Part shown: positions 26,453-38,937 of the stretch, piece after piece
How the letters are laid out: each line of letters begins with the position of its first letter
How positions within the stretch are numbered: position 1 is the stretch's first letter
Source of the DNA: Octopus sinensis
Taxonomy: Eukaryota
DNA: 64,000 nt
Direction: 5' to 3'
NCBI RefSeq assembly: GCF_006345805.1
Contig: NC_043024.1
Coordinates: forward strand, 18,290,001-18,354,000
Translations under genes and position numbers: made by a program
The notes under the pieces: model-generated
Database searches by the model: none
The model's input: the letters and a program-made list of their open reading frames with translations, nothing else
What the model was told of the DNA's origin: nothing

Positions 26453-26925
26453 GAATATACAATTTGGTGGTGACCTGACAGAATCATTAGCATGCTGGGC
26501 AAAATGCTTAGTGACATTTTGTCCTTCTTCATGTTCTAAGTTCAAATTCTGTTTTCTGTTAAGGCCCACTTTGCCTTCCATCGTTCTGGGGGGTCGATAA
26601 AAAGTAAGTACCAGTTGAGCATTGGAGTTGACGTAACCAGCCTACCTCTGCTAGAAATTGCTGGCCTTGTGCCAAAATTTAAAGCCAATATTGTCAGTCT
26701 CATAAATGCAGTGAGCTGGCAGAATCGTTAGCATGCTGGGCAAAAGGCTTAACAACATTTCTGTCTTTGTGTTCTGAGTCCAGATTCTGTCAAGTTTGAT
26801 TTTGCTTTTCCTTCTTTCTGGGTCCATAAATAAGTAACAGTGGAACACTGGGGTTAACATTATCGACTTACCCCACTCTCCTAAAGCTGGTTGGCTGTGC
26901 CAAAACTTGAAATCATTATTATTTA

Positions 26926-28293
26926 CAAGGTGTCTGTAAAGTCTGGATACATGGAAAATGTCACTAGAATTCTTGTGGAATGTGATCCTTGCTCTCCAGA
27001 TACTTGTCCCCTTGACTTTATTTTTTGAGGCATGTTGTAGAATTCTTGTGGAATGTGATCCTTGCTCTCCAGATACTTGTCCCCTTGACTTTATTTTTTG
27101 AGGCATGTTGTAGAATTCTTGTGGAATGTGATCCTTGCTCTCCAGATACTTGTCCCCTTGACTTTATTTTTTGAGGCATGTTGTAGAATTCTTGTGGAAT
27201 GTGATCCTTGCTCTCCAGATACTTATCCTCTTGACTTTATTTTTTGAGGCATGTTGTAGAATTCTTGTGGAATGTGATCCTTGCTCTCCAGATACTTGTC
27301 CCCTTGACTTTATTTTTTGAGGCATGTTGTAGAATTCTTGTGGAATGTGATCCTTGCTCTCCAGATACTTGTCCCCTTGACTTATTTTTTGAGGCATGTG
27401 TAGAATTCTTGTGGAATGTGATCCTTGCTCTCCAGATACTTATCTCTTGACTTTATTTTTTGAGGCATGTTGTAGAATTCTTGTGGAATGTGATCCTTGC
27501 TCTCCAGATACTTGTCCCCTTGACTTTATTTTTTGAGGCATGTTGTAGAATTCTTGTGGAATGTGATCCTTGCTCTCAGATACTTGTCCCCTTGACTTTA
27601 TTTTTTGAGGCATGTTGTAGAATTCTTGTGGAATGTGATCCTTGCTCTCCAGATACTTGTCCCCTTGACTTTATTTTTTGAGGCATGTTGTAGAATTCTT
27701 GTGGAATGTGATCCTTGCTCTCCAGATACTTGTCCCTTGACTTTATTTTTTGAGGCATGTTGTAGAATTCTTGTGGAATGTGATCCTTGCTCTCCAGATA
27801 CTTGTCCCTTGACTTATTTTTTGAGGCATGTGTTGTAGAATTCTTGTGGAATGTGATTTGCTCTCCAGATACTTGTCCCCTTGACTTTATTTTTTGAGGC
27901 ATGTTGTAGAATTCTTGTGGAATGTGATCCTTGCTCTCCAGATACTTGTCCCCTTGACTTTATTTTTTGAGGCATGTTGTAGAATTCTTGTGGAATGTGA
28001 TCCTTGCTCTCCAGATACTTGTCCCCTTGACTTTATTTTTTGAGGCATGTTGAAGGAGAAGGCATACTCAATGAAAACCATAGAAATGAATCATATGATG
28101 GAATGCCTCATGAATTAATGTGCTCAAATTGGTGGAAATAGGATGTCACTGCACTGGGTTCATATGAATCTCACAAAACACAATGAACTCTGCTTCACTA
28201 ACGATGTCCAAAATGTTACTGAGAAATGTAGTTGAATAAAATTATTGAAAATACACATTTTAACCTAGGTACCCAGATTTTACAGCCACTTTG
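26926..28293 (+). mobile_element. Internally deleted Tc1/mariner element containing a minisatellite
   Basis: Imperfect TIRs CAAGGTGTCTGTAAAGTCTGGATAC vs (reverse complement) CAAAGTGGCTGTAAAATCTGGGTAC; 5' TA; transposase tail DPCSPDTCPLDFIF*GMLKEKAYS. Confidence 0.75.
26965..28051 (+). repeat. Minisatellite, ~15 x 73 bp, highly homogeneous
   Basis: Unit TAGAATTCTTGTGGAATGTGATCCTTGCTCTCCAGATACTTGTCCCCTTGACTTTATTTTTTGAGGCATGTTG; starts at 26965, 27038, 27111. Confidence 0.97.
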
Positions 28294-28310
28294 AATAATA
28301 TCTCATATAT

Positions 28311-28420
28311 GTATGAGGAGATGCTGAAAAGTTCCTAGCTTTGGATAAAATGAAAATACAAGAAGATCAGTTAATTGTGATTTTATTCAACATATCCTCC
28401 TCTCAGATTCACACACTTTC
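28311..28420 (+). mobile_element. Mariner-type terminal fragment
   Basis: TATGAGGAGATGCTGAAAAGTTCCTAGCTTT resembles a mariner TIR. Confidence 0.45.
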
Positions 28421-28476
28421 ATTGTTGAATTGATGAAAAGTTGGTTATTTTATATTTATATATATTATATATAATA

Positions 28477-28514
<38 letters not shown>

Positions 28515-28940
28515 CTATTTTTTACTATTTTACTTGTTTCAGTCATTTGACTGCAGCCATGCTGGAGCACCGCCTTTAGTCGAGCAAATCGACCCCGGGA
28601 CTTATTCTTTTTGTAAGCCCAGTACTTATTCTATCGGTCTCTTTTTGCCGAACCGCTAGGTGACGGGGACGTAAACACACCAGCATCGGTTGTCAAGCAA
28701 TGCTAGGGGAACAAACACAGACACACAAACACACACACACATACATATATATATATACATATATACGACAGGCTTCTTTCAGTTTCCGTCTACCAAATCC
28801 ACTCACAAGGCATTGGTTGGCCCGGGGCTATAGTAGAAGACACTTGCCCAATATGCCATGCAGTGGGACTGAACCCGGAACCATGTGGTTGGTTAGCAAG
28901 CTACTTACCACCTTACCACACAGCCACTCCTGCGCCTATA
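28515..28940 (-). mobile_element. SINE family S1, full length
   Basis: Colinear with 10343-10752. Confidence 0.9.
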
Positions 28941-29172
28941 TATATATATATATACGTTTTATTTATTATTTTGCACATCACTTAATCATTGGCATATATT
29001 TTTATCATATATTTAATTTTTCTATAAGATGTAATTTTTTTCTAAATGGTATATTTTTCATTGTTGAATTGAAAATAGGTAGTTTTTTTCTACTTTATGT
29101 ATATATATAAATACAAAATGGCTGATGGTTAGTAAGGAGAGACACACAAATAAGAAAGAAGAAAGCAAAGGA

Positions 29173-29212
29173 CCACTGATGAAGTCACAGGAGTGTGACG
29201 AAGGAACTCTGG
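29173..29212 (+). ncRNA. Hammerhead-like motif with A15.1-to-G substitution
   Basis: CCA-CTGATGA-A-GTCAC-aggagt-GTGAC-GAAG-GAAC-TC-TGG. Confidence 0.4.
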
Positions 29213-29521
29213 CCGAAATAAGATTAAGATTAATGTAAAAAATAAATAACGCTGAAGCCGATCACATGGAGGAAGGTGTTCACCTCCATTTTGGAAAACT
29301 GCCCATCTACATGTATGTACGTATGTATGTATGTATGTATGTATGTATGTATGTATGTATGTATGTATGTATGTATGGATGGATGGATGGATGGATGTAT
29401 GTATGTATGTAAGTATGTATGTATGTATGTGTGTGTATGTATGTATGGACGGATGGATGGATGTATGCATGTATGCACGTATATATATGTATGTATATAT
29501 AATACAAATAATATATACATG

Positions 29522-29563
<42 letters not shown>

Positions 29564-30469
29564 CATATGCATATATGCGCAGGATGTCACCATCAGCAAA
29601 CAATAAGAAATACAAAAACAAATGAGTTCAATATGCAAACAACGAGAGAAACAAATGGAAAACAGGACAAGTAACACAATGAACGACCCTTCATCAGTTG
29701 TTGGCTGTCCATCTACTCCTCATTTCGAGCATATGTATGTATATACGCAAATGGAATTGTAGTTGTGGCCGATGTCAGTGTTGCGTAAGTGGCACCTGTG
29801 CCAGTGGCATGTAAAAGGCACCCATTACACTCTTGGAGTGGTTGGCATTAGGAAAGGCAGCCATCCATAGAAACCATGCCAAATCAGATTGGAACCTGGT
29901 GCAGCTCTCCAGCTTACCAGCTCCAGTCAAACCATCCAACCCATGCCAGCATGGAAGCTAAATGATGATGATGATGATGTGTGTGTATGTGTGTGTGTGC
30001 GTCTTTCTATCTCTGTGTGTCCCCCACCACAGCTTGACAACCAGTGTTGGTGTGTTTACATCACCAAAACATGACATTTTGACAAAAGAGACTGATACAA
30101 TAAGAGCCAGGCTTTAAAATGCATACTTGGTCAATTGGTTTGACTAAAAATTCTTCAGCATGGTTGCAATATAAACGACTGATTCAAGTAAAACAGGACA
30201 AACTTGTAAAAGACTTCTCGAAACTTTTGGTTTCTTCCACCAATTTCAAGTTTTCCTTCAGTTTGTCTTTAAGTAGTATGGCTGTCTCATTTCATTTCTT
30301 CTGGTAACAGTCAATTCTTAACTGACTCATGAGAAGAAACTTTTATTTTATATGCTTGTGCATGTGTTGTGTGTGTGTGTGTGTGTGAATGTGTGCATGT
30401 CTGTGTGTGTACGTGTGTCTCAGATGGAACGTAGTCATTTATTGTCATGAAACTTTCTAACTTTCTAAT

Positions 30470-30900
30470 CAATATCTATAAAGTTGAAATGCGAAAAATT
30501 TGTTTGTCTCATTTTGAGATGGGAACAGTTGAGATGGGGTAGGATAGGCGCCAAAATTTACAGGGACATGTAAAAAGAGGTGAGGAAGTGACTGGTCTAG
30601 GTTAGAAATCCCTATCTCAAAAGCTGTGGTTACTAGGTCAAGAAAAGCCAGACTTTGACAAGTGTTTGTCGTTTCTCTCTTTCGGATATCACCCTGTCTT
30701 CCTCGATCTCTCTCTTTCCTTCCTTCCCTCCATCATCAGTATCTATAAAGCTGAAATGCGAAAATGTTGGTTGATTTCTTGGTTGTTTGTCTCATTTTGG
30801 GATGGGAGCGGTTTAAGGGGTGGTAGATGGGGTCTGATTGGCGCCAAAATTTACACTGGGGGTAAAATAGGGTGGGCAATGGTGTGAGGAGGTTTGCAAG
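30470..30900 (+). mobile_element. Two tandem Helitron-like 5' ends
   Basis: ATCTATAAAG(T/C)TGAAATGCGAAAA...GTTTGTCTCATTTTG..GGCGCCAAAATTTACA at ~30474 and ~30741. Confidence 0.4.
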
Positions 30901-31577
30901 TTGCTTTGGGCTACTGTTTGGTTGCCATGGTGAGGAATATGGGAAAAATTGAGTTTTATGGAATAGACAGGTTGCGCTGTTTGAATAATGGTGATTTTCA
31001 TGTTGTTGCAGGGGCTAGAGGTGGTTATCTTTAATTGTGGGTGTAAAAATTTGGGGGATTTTGGAAAGGGAGGTAAGTTTTCAACTTTTAAAAAGAGTGC
31101 ATTTTTGCCTTATTTTTAGATTTAATTTTTTCTGTTTGCATTATTTGGTTGACATGGGTAAAAATGGCATTGTGTTAAGGGCCAAAATTTTAGCTTTCAT
31201 TTGCATCATGAACCGTCAAAATATACCAGAAAAAGTATCAAATTTCACAAAATTTTAAGTAATTTTGAATTATTTTTGTAATTTTACGTGTACGCGTAAG
31301 AGAAAGCGAGGGAGAGTCCGAGAGAAAGTAAAAGTAAGAGAGTGGGAAAGTGAGAGAGAAACAAAGAGGAAGAATGTGGCGATAAGAAACAGAAAGGAAG
31401 CAACAGAAAGTAACAACCACACCCTCACCCGCGTGTAGAACAGGTCACCTTAAGCTAGTCTTATTTAGATTAAATCTTTCCTTCCCAAAGTTATTTAACT
31501 CTTTTGTACCTCAGTTCTGCAACATTGTAAGTAGAGATTGAATATAAAGTTACTGAGTACAGGGGGCAGCTGCTGTT

Positions 31578-31790
31578 GCTTCTCTTCTTCTTCTTCTTCT
31601 TCTTCTTCTTCTTCTTCTTCTTCTTCTTCTTCTTCTTCCTTTTCTTCTTTTACTACTCCTTTTTCTTTTCTTCTTTTTCTTCTTCTTTTTCTTCTTTCTC
31701 TTTTTCTTCTTTTTTTCTTCTTCTTCTTCTTCTTCTTCTTCTTCTTCTTCTTCTCCTCCTCCTCCTCCTCCTCCTCCCCTTTTTTGCTGC
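31578..31790 (+). repeat. (CTT)n/(CCT)n tract
   Basis: Direct inspection. Confidence 0.95.
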
Positions 31791-32988
31791 CTCTTTCTCT
31801 GCCCCTCTCTTTTCGCCTCCTCCTCTTCCCCCTTCTTCCCCCTTCTTTCCCCTTCTCTCTTTTTATCTCTGTCGACATCAGCGTCGTCGTCATCATCATC
31901 ATCATTATCATCATTGTCTTCTCCACATTTTTTTTTCATTTTTACCTTCCCATCTTTTCTTATTCTCCTATAGTAATTCCATTAACGTCTCTCTAAGACC
32001 TAAGACGCTTCATAAGAACGCAAAACAGACACCAAACACGTGACAAGTGCGACCCCAGGATTAAAAAAAAAACCTCCAGGGTTAACCTCCAAGGCGTTTC
32101 AACTCAGAACTTAAAGTACCATAACCGAATATCCACAAGAGATATATTTCTGCTTTCGTTTTTTGGCTACTTTTTGATTATTTTTTTCCCTTTTTAAAAT
32201 GATATCCAACACCTTAATGGTTCTACAAAATGCCAAACTGAGCTGCCATCTCAAAGATAATCATCTAAAAGCCATTTCTTGAATTTTGTGCTTTTTTCTT
32301 ATCTTTTCTTTTTCCCCGTGGAAGCGGCATCTGTTTGGTAACAACATCAAAAGTGGTGATGCTCGACTTTTGTGATATTTCAACAGAATCTTCTGGTAAT
32401 GGTTTGTCACAGGAAGCAGTGAAGTCTTATTTTCTCAACAACAGACTGATTGATCGGCTCCGAGTATAAACAAAATCGAAGAGAAGAATAAATAAATAAA
32501 TAACAATAAAAAATACAGTTTCTTAAGGAAAACAATAAATCATAACGAAAAGCATCGTTTTTTTTTCCTTCTTTCTTTATTATTAATTTTTTTATTCCAT
32601 GTTTTTCTGTTCCATTTTTTGTTTGATTTTATTTTTTTTGTTAAACTTTGCATGTTTTGAATTCAATTTTAACAAATTGAAAAAATATTTTATCTTCCTT
32701 TATTCAAACATCCGAAATCAAAGGGTTAAATTTGTTGTTATTCTTGCTATTGTTGTTGTCGTTGTTGTTGTTGCTCTTGCTCTTCTTCTCCTCCTGGGTC
32801 TCCTTCTCCTCCTTTTCCTGTTTCTTCTTTCCAGCACACTCCCCCTTCCTCCTTCTCTTCCTCTCCTTATCCTCTTTCCACCACCACCATCATTGCCACT
32901 GTTACCACTGCTGTCTCCACTGCCACCGCAACCACGATTACGATGACCACCACCCTCCTTCTGCTGCTGCTTCTACTGCTCCTACTAT

Positions 32989-33030
<42 letters not shown>

Positions 33031-33072
33031 CACTACTACTGCTACTGCTACTACTACTACTACTACCACCAC

Positions 33073-33107
<35 letters not shown>

Positions 33108-33669
33108 ATGGATATACACAATTAGATGAACTGAGGTAGGAATAAAAGTAATAAAAGTCATTATTATGAGATTACTGAAGAGATTCAAGCAGCATACCAC
33201 GGTTTTGTCAGACTATTCCTTGCTTTGAATGAATATATATATATATGCGTGACAAGCTTCTTTCAGTTTTCCTCTACCAAATCCTCTCCCAAGGCTTTGG
33301 TCTGCCTGAAGTTATAGTAGAAAACACTTGCCTAAGGTGCTGTGCAGTGGGACTGAACTTGGAATCATGTGGTTGGGAAGCAAACCTCTTACCACATAGC
33401 CACTCCTGCACCTATAAACAATTAACTGCGCATATACTTTAGCAAAAAAATCTTGTCTGGATTACCAAGGGCCATTTGGGCCTTGGTTGAGAACCACTGG
33501 GCTCAACTTTTCAAGACAGTGCCCCAGTATGACCACAGTCAAATGGCTGAAACAAATATAAAAACATAAAAATATAATTGATTCCAAATTTTGGCACAAG
33601 GCCAGCAATTTCAAGGAAGGGATTAACTCGATTACATCACCACCAGTATGTAACTGGTACTTAATTTAT

Positions 33670-34300
33670 ATACAGAGCAAAACAGCGGCAAAGATATTCT
33701 TAGATAAATATGGTAAGTTGGCAGAATTGTTAGCATGCTGGGTAAAATGCTTAGCGGCATTTTCATCTATCTTTACCTTTCTGAGTTCAAATTCCGCCGA
33801 GGTCGACTTTGCCTTTCATCCTTTCGGGGACGATAAATAAAGTACCAGTTTCGCACTGGGGTCGATATAATCGACTTAATCCGTTTGTCTGTCCTTGTTT
33901 GTCCTCTCTGTGTTTAGCCCCTTGTGGGTAGTAAAGAAATAGGTATTTCGTCTGCCACTACGTTCTGAGTTCAAATTCCCCTGAGGTCGACTTTGCCTTT
34001 CATCCTTTCGGGGTCGATTAAATAAGTACCAGTTACGCACTGGAGTCGATGTAATCGACTTAATCCATTTGTCTGTCCTTGTTTGTCCTCTCTGTGTTTA
34101 GTCCCTTGTGGGTAATAAAGAAATAGGTACTTAATTTATTGACCCTGAAAGGATGAAATGCAAGGTCAATCTCGGTGGAATTTGAACTCAGAAAGGTAAA
34201 GATAGCTGAAATGCCGTTAAGCATTTTACCCAGCATGCTAACAATTCTTCCAACTTGCCATATTTATCTAAGAATATCTTTGCCACTGTTTTGCTCTGTA
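33670..34300. mobile_element. SINE S2 cluster forming a ~175-bp inverted repeat that includes unique flank
   Basis: 33670-33845 is the reverse complement of 34126-34300, including ~40 bp of non-SINE sequence; two tandem S2 core units in between. Confidence 0.8.
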
Positions 34301-35149
34301 TGTTTGCTTGATTGATTAATTTTCAATTTTGTTTCTGCGTTATCTCAGAAGCTACTGTGTTTTCTAAATAGTTTCTATAGCAGTTCCTAAGATAACTGTA
34401 TTATCTTAGAAACCATTCTGCCTACGGAATCTAAATCATAATCTATGAATACTAAAGGAGATAAAGTCAGAGGTTTTCTTTTTCTTAAAGAAACCTTTTG
34501 TCAGAATTTGCTCTGTTTTTCTTTCCTCTTTTTTTTTGTGTGTGTTTTGCATAGTTATTTGGACACTAATCTCATCTCATACCCCAATTCCATTAAGTAG
34601 GTAATATGTCGGACAAGATACGGCTTTTGTACGAAAGCGAAACAGAGATAAACAAACAAACAAACACACAAACAGATAAATAAATAACTAAATAAATACA
34701 TACAAACATGAATAAATAAATAAATAAATTGCCATAGAAATATGTTGATGCAAATAGACACATAAATAAATTGAGCAAGAGACAAACGTTCAAATATTGG
34801 CCACATGGAAGGAGATATGTTCGTACGCACACACACGCACATACATACATGTACACACGTGGACATATACACATTTAGGTGCAGACGCAAACAGACACAC
34901 TGATGTGTGTATAATGGAATGGTTTCTTTCAGATATTGAAGGCTGTGATATGGAGAGTAATATAAAGCACTTTCAGATACTAACCATGAACAGAGAGAAA
35001 TACATTTTCATCTGTCGCAACACAGTAATATATATTCTTTCAACTACTGATGGCTGTAAAAGTTACTGGTATAGAATATATTCACATATTGATTTCATCT
35101 GTATGAAAATATGCTTAAATATACATACGTGTGTGTGTGTGTGTATCAT

Positions 35150-35602
35150 AGCAGGTGGAGAAGGATTGTGCATGAGGGGACAGCCACTTTTGAGAAATCT
35201 CGAGTTGCACATGGGAAAGTAAGGAGGGATGTCAGGAAGGGCATCGCTGTTACACTTCCAGAAGGGAAGGGTCTTCCTTTGATGCTGACATGCAATGTCT
35301 GTGCAAGACCCTGCCTCAGTAAAGCTGGACTCATGAATCATCTTCGTAGTCATAAAACGAGACAGATGAGTGACAACCTGGCCACTTGTGGTGGTGTAAC
35401 ACACCATACTAATCATATCTGTCGGGCATGTGGAAGATAGTGTAATTCGGCAGGAGGATTTAAATGACATGCAAAGGTACATGAAGCCCAGCTACAACTA
35501 CAGCTGGCTATTACCAGTAAAGGTCTTAGGTGCCAATTTTGTACAAGACATTGTAGATCTTTAGCTGGGCTAAAAAGTCACATTTGATCACAGCACCAAT
35601 AA
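35150..35602 (+). pseudogene. RTE(BovB-like) LINE C-terminus with three C2H2 zinc-finger motifs
   Basis: WRRIVHEGTATFEKSR...CNVCARPCLSKAGLMNHLRSH...CRACGR*CNSAGGFK*HAKVH...CQFCTRHCRSLAGLKSHI*SQH. Confidence 0.7.
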
Positions 35603-36053
35603 CAGTTAAGCGAGGGGGCAGCCATAATATATATATATAACTTCGGGACAAGAATGCAAAACATTCAAATAGACGACACAAAAAACGGACGGGTCATTCG
35701 AAGCCTCTAATCTTCAGTCAAGAACCGGATCATCCTCGCAATTTCGGCTGATTGATCTTGAGATCGCTCCGATCCAGCCAGCCCCAAGGAAAAACTAAGC
35801 TACGAGCATTAGATTTCTTGGAAAAAGGATCGAATGTATACGAAACAAGGACAGAAAAATGGACGATGCCACACGAATATAAATACAAAAAACAATAATA
35901 ATAATAATAACAGGACAAAAACAACAGACGTCTTTCGACTTTAGACAGTTCAACTTAGCTGGTGTATTTGAAAAATAATGCCTTACTGCAGACGAAAAAA
36001 TCGATGTTGTCGTGGCACTGCTCAGAAGCCGAATATACATATTTATTTATTTA

Positions 36054-36091
<38 letters not shown>

Positions 36092-36136
36092 TATATATAT
36101 ATTATATATATATATATATATATATTATATATGATT

Positions 36137-36202
<66 letters not shown>

Positions 36203-36203
36203 G

Positions 36204-36236
<33 letters not shown>

Positions 36237-36249
36237 TAATATATATATA

Positions 36250-36284
<35 letters not shown>

Positions 36285-36290
<6 letters not shown>

Positions 36291-37520
36291 CACCCTATAA
36301 ATAATGCAGTTTTTTCAACTGCATGAACCAAAAGTTGGTGGGGTACAAGATAAACTACCTGCAGCAAATAGAAGCAAGTAGTAATTTTACCTTGTATTTA
36401 TCTTAGTGCAAGATTTGAAGAGTGCAGTTCGGTTTTAACAGTTATTTTTCAAAGCTATAATGGAAGTGAGAACGTAGCATATTTGGTATATTTTGCTTTA
36501 TGAGGTCAATAAAGGCAACAATGCAACGGAAAGTGTGAGGAATATTAATGCAGTATATGGGGATTGGAAAATAAGCATAAGCCAGTGTCAATGGTGGTTC
36601 CAGCAATTCTAAGCTGGAATCTACAGACTAGAAGATGAGCCTCGTCCTGGAAGATCTGTAGAGCTTTTTGAGGACATTCTGCAAACCCTGGTGGAACAAA
36701 ATCTCATCATAACTGTTGAAGGAATTAGCAGAGAAGCTTGGATTTGGTCATTCAGCCATTCATTGATACCTGCATGCCATTGGAAAAGTCAGCAAACTGG
36801 GTCAATGGGTTCCTCACAAACTTTCCGAGTCTAATCATACACAGAGAGTGAATGTGTGCTCTTCTTTGCTGTCATGTCGCATGAATAAACCAATTTTTTT
36901 TTGACTGAATTGTAACTGGTGACAAGAAATGGGTTCTCTATGAAAATGTCACACATCGAAGACAGTGGGTAGGGAAAGGAGAACACCAGCACCCCAGGCT
37001 ATAGGTCTTCACCTACATAAGGTGTTGTTATCTGTTTAGTGGGATATGAAAAGTTTAGTCCACTTTGAACTTTTAAACCCAAACCAAATGATAACAAAGG
37101 AGATCTATTGTGAACAGCTTGAATGGCTAGAAGGAAAACGACTAAATTTAGTTTCAAGATGGAAGGTGTTCTTCCATCAGGATAATGCTCAGCCACGTAC
37201 AGTGAGGATGACATTCAAAAGGCTGGAGAAATTTGAATGGGAAACGATGCCCCACCCACCATATTCACTGGACATTGCCTCATCTGATTATCCTTTATTC
37301 TGCAGTCTTCAAAATCATTTGGACGGAAATAATATCAATTCTTTAGACGAGGTCAGAACAGTACTGGAAGTGTATTTTTCATCACAGACAAGTTAATTTT
37401 GGAAGAGGGGCCTTATAAGTCTACCAGATAGATGAAAGAACATTGTAGAAAATGAAGGAAAGTATATTTTAGATTTAAAAGGAATTTTGTTCATCATAAT
37501 TTTGCAAAATAAAAGATGTA
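36285..37520 (+). mobile_element. Mariner transposon relic (D,D34D-type transposase pseudogene)
   Basis: TA|TTGGATCACCC 5' end; WVPHKLSE, IVTGDKKWVLY, HQDNAQP and HPPYSLDIASSDY motifs with stops and frameshifts. Confidence 0.9.
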
Positions 37521-37635
37521 TAAAAGGTGTGGTTGTGTGGTAAGATGCTTGGTTCCCAACCACATAGCTCCAAGTTCAGTCCCACTGCATGGCACCTTGT
37601 GCAAGTGTCTTCCACTATAGCCCCAGGATGACCCT

Positions 37636-38720
37636 TGTGAAGTGATGTCTTTTAATGCCTCCATTGTATTTTTCTTCACCTCTTCCACATCTGCCAAAAG
37701 TTTTCCTTCAAGGACTTTTTTCATTTTGAGGAATAAAAAAACAGTTGTAGTGAGGAATAAAAAAAAAGGCACAGGAGCGGCTGTATGGTAAGTAGCTTGT
37801 TTACCAACCACATGGTTCTGGGTTCAGTCCCACTGTGTGGCAGCTTGGGCATGTGTCTTCTACTACAGCCTCGGGCCGACCAAAGCCTTGTGAGTGGATT
37901 TGGTAGACGGAAACTGAAAGAAGCCTGTCGTATATATGTATATATATATATATATATATGCATGTGTCTATGTTTGTGTGTCTGTGTTTGTCCTCCCGAC
38001 ATCGCTTGACAACCGATGCTGGTGTGTTTATGTCCCTGTAACTTAGCAGTTCGGCAAAAGAGACCAATAGAATAAGTACTGGGCTTACAAAAGAATAAGT
38101 CCCGGGGTCGAGTTGCTTGATTAAAGGCGGTGCTCCAGCATGGCCACAGTCAAATGACTGAAACAAGTAAAAGAGTAAAGAGTAAAGAGAGTGAGTAAGA
38201 TTAGGTGAATTGGGAGGGTGGTCGAGTGAGGTCGTGCCATTTTTGGTTAAAAACTGTCCCACACTTCTGTGAGTAAGCGAGGCACAAATTTTGTTGCAAC
38301 TCTTTTCATTCACAGTTTCTCGCTCAATATTCATTGGCAGGAGCTCCAGGACACCAGTCATATCAACAAGTTTATCAACTGTTCGCTGATGGTCCTCCAA
38401 TATTAGTTCATGAATTTTCATATTTTTCATTCGTTTGGGAGGTCGGTGGCTGCTTTGAATGAGATTGATCTTCAAGTGACAAGTGACCATTCCTAAACTG
38501 TAGAAACCACTCATAAGCTTATGTTTTGCTCAGGGCAGCATCCTTGTAAGCTGTTTGAATCATGACAACTGTTTTGGCTGCCATTTTCCCCAGAAGAAAA
38601 CAGAATTTCATGGAAGCACACTGTTCCTTCATTTTGGCCATCGCAAAAATTGATGAACTGGGGTGGGGCACCACAAGACAAAGATGCACAACGTGGCAGT
38701 ATAACATCAACAGATGGCGC
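37636..38720 (-). mobile_element. Second mariner relic, internally deleted and split by a SINE
   Basis: MAKMKEQCASMKFCFLLGKMAAKTVVM..; DHPPNSPNL; KKVLEGKLLADVEEVKK. Confidence 0.8.
37768..38185 (+). mobile_element. SINE family S1, full length
   Basis: Colinear with other S1 copies. Confidence 0.9.
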
Positions 38721-38849
38721 CAGTTGACTGACAGATGCCTGAGCATGGCAGGATAAACGAAAAGGTAGAAAAAGGTGATAACTGAGAAACTAAAAACGAA
38801 AGATGAAAAGCGAAAAATGATAAATGAAAGGATGAAAAGAATTAAAAAA

Positions 38850-38906
38850 TGTAGTAGTAGTAGTAGTAGTAGTGGAAGCAGCAGTAGCAGCGCCACTGCC
38901 ACCACC

Positions 38907-38937
<31 letters not shown>

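Noticed and set aside
26965-28051. CRISPR-like array
   Set aside because: Units are contiguous and near-identical with no unique spacers, no cas genes, eukaryotic context; the unit derives from a transposase.
31980-32500. Unique island as coding exon or promoter
   Set aside because: Only very short ORFs on both strands and no diagnostic motifs; cannot be supported from sequence alone.
35690-35760. Hammerhead in the element shared with 48200-48280 (CTGAAGA on one strand)
   Set aside because: No GAAA at the required position and stems I and III do not pair in either copy.
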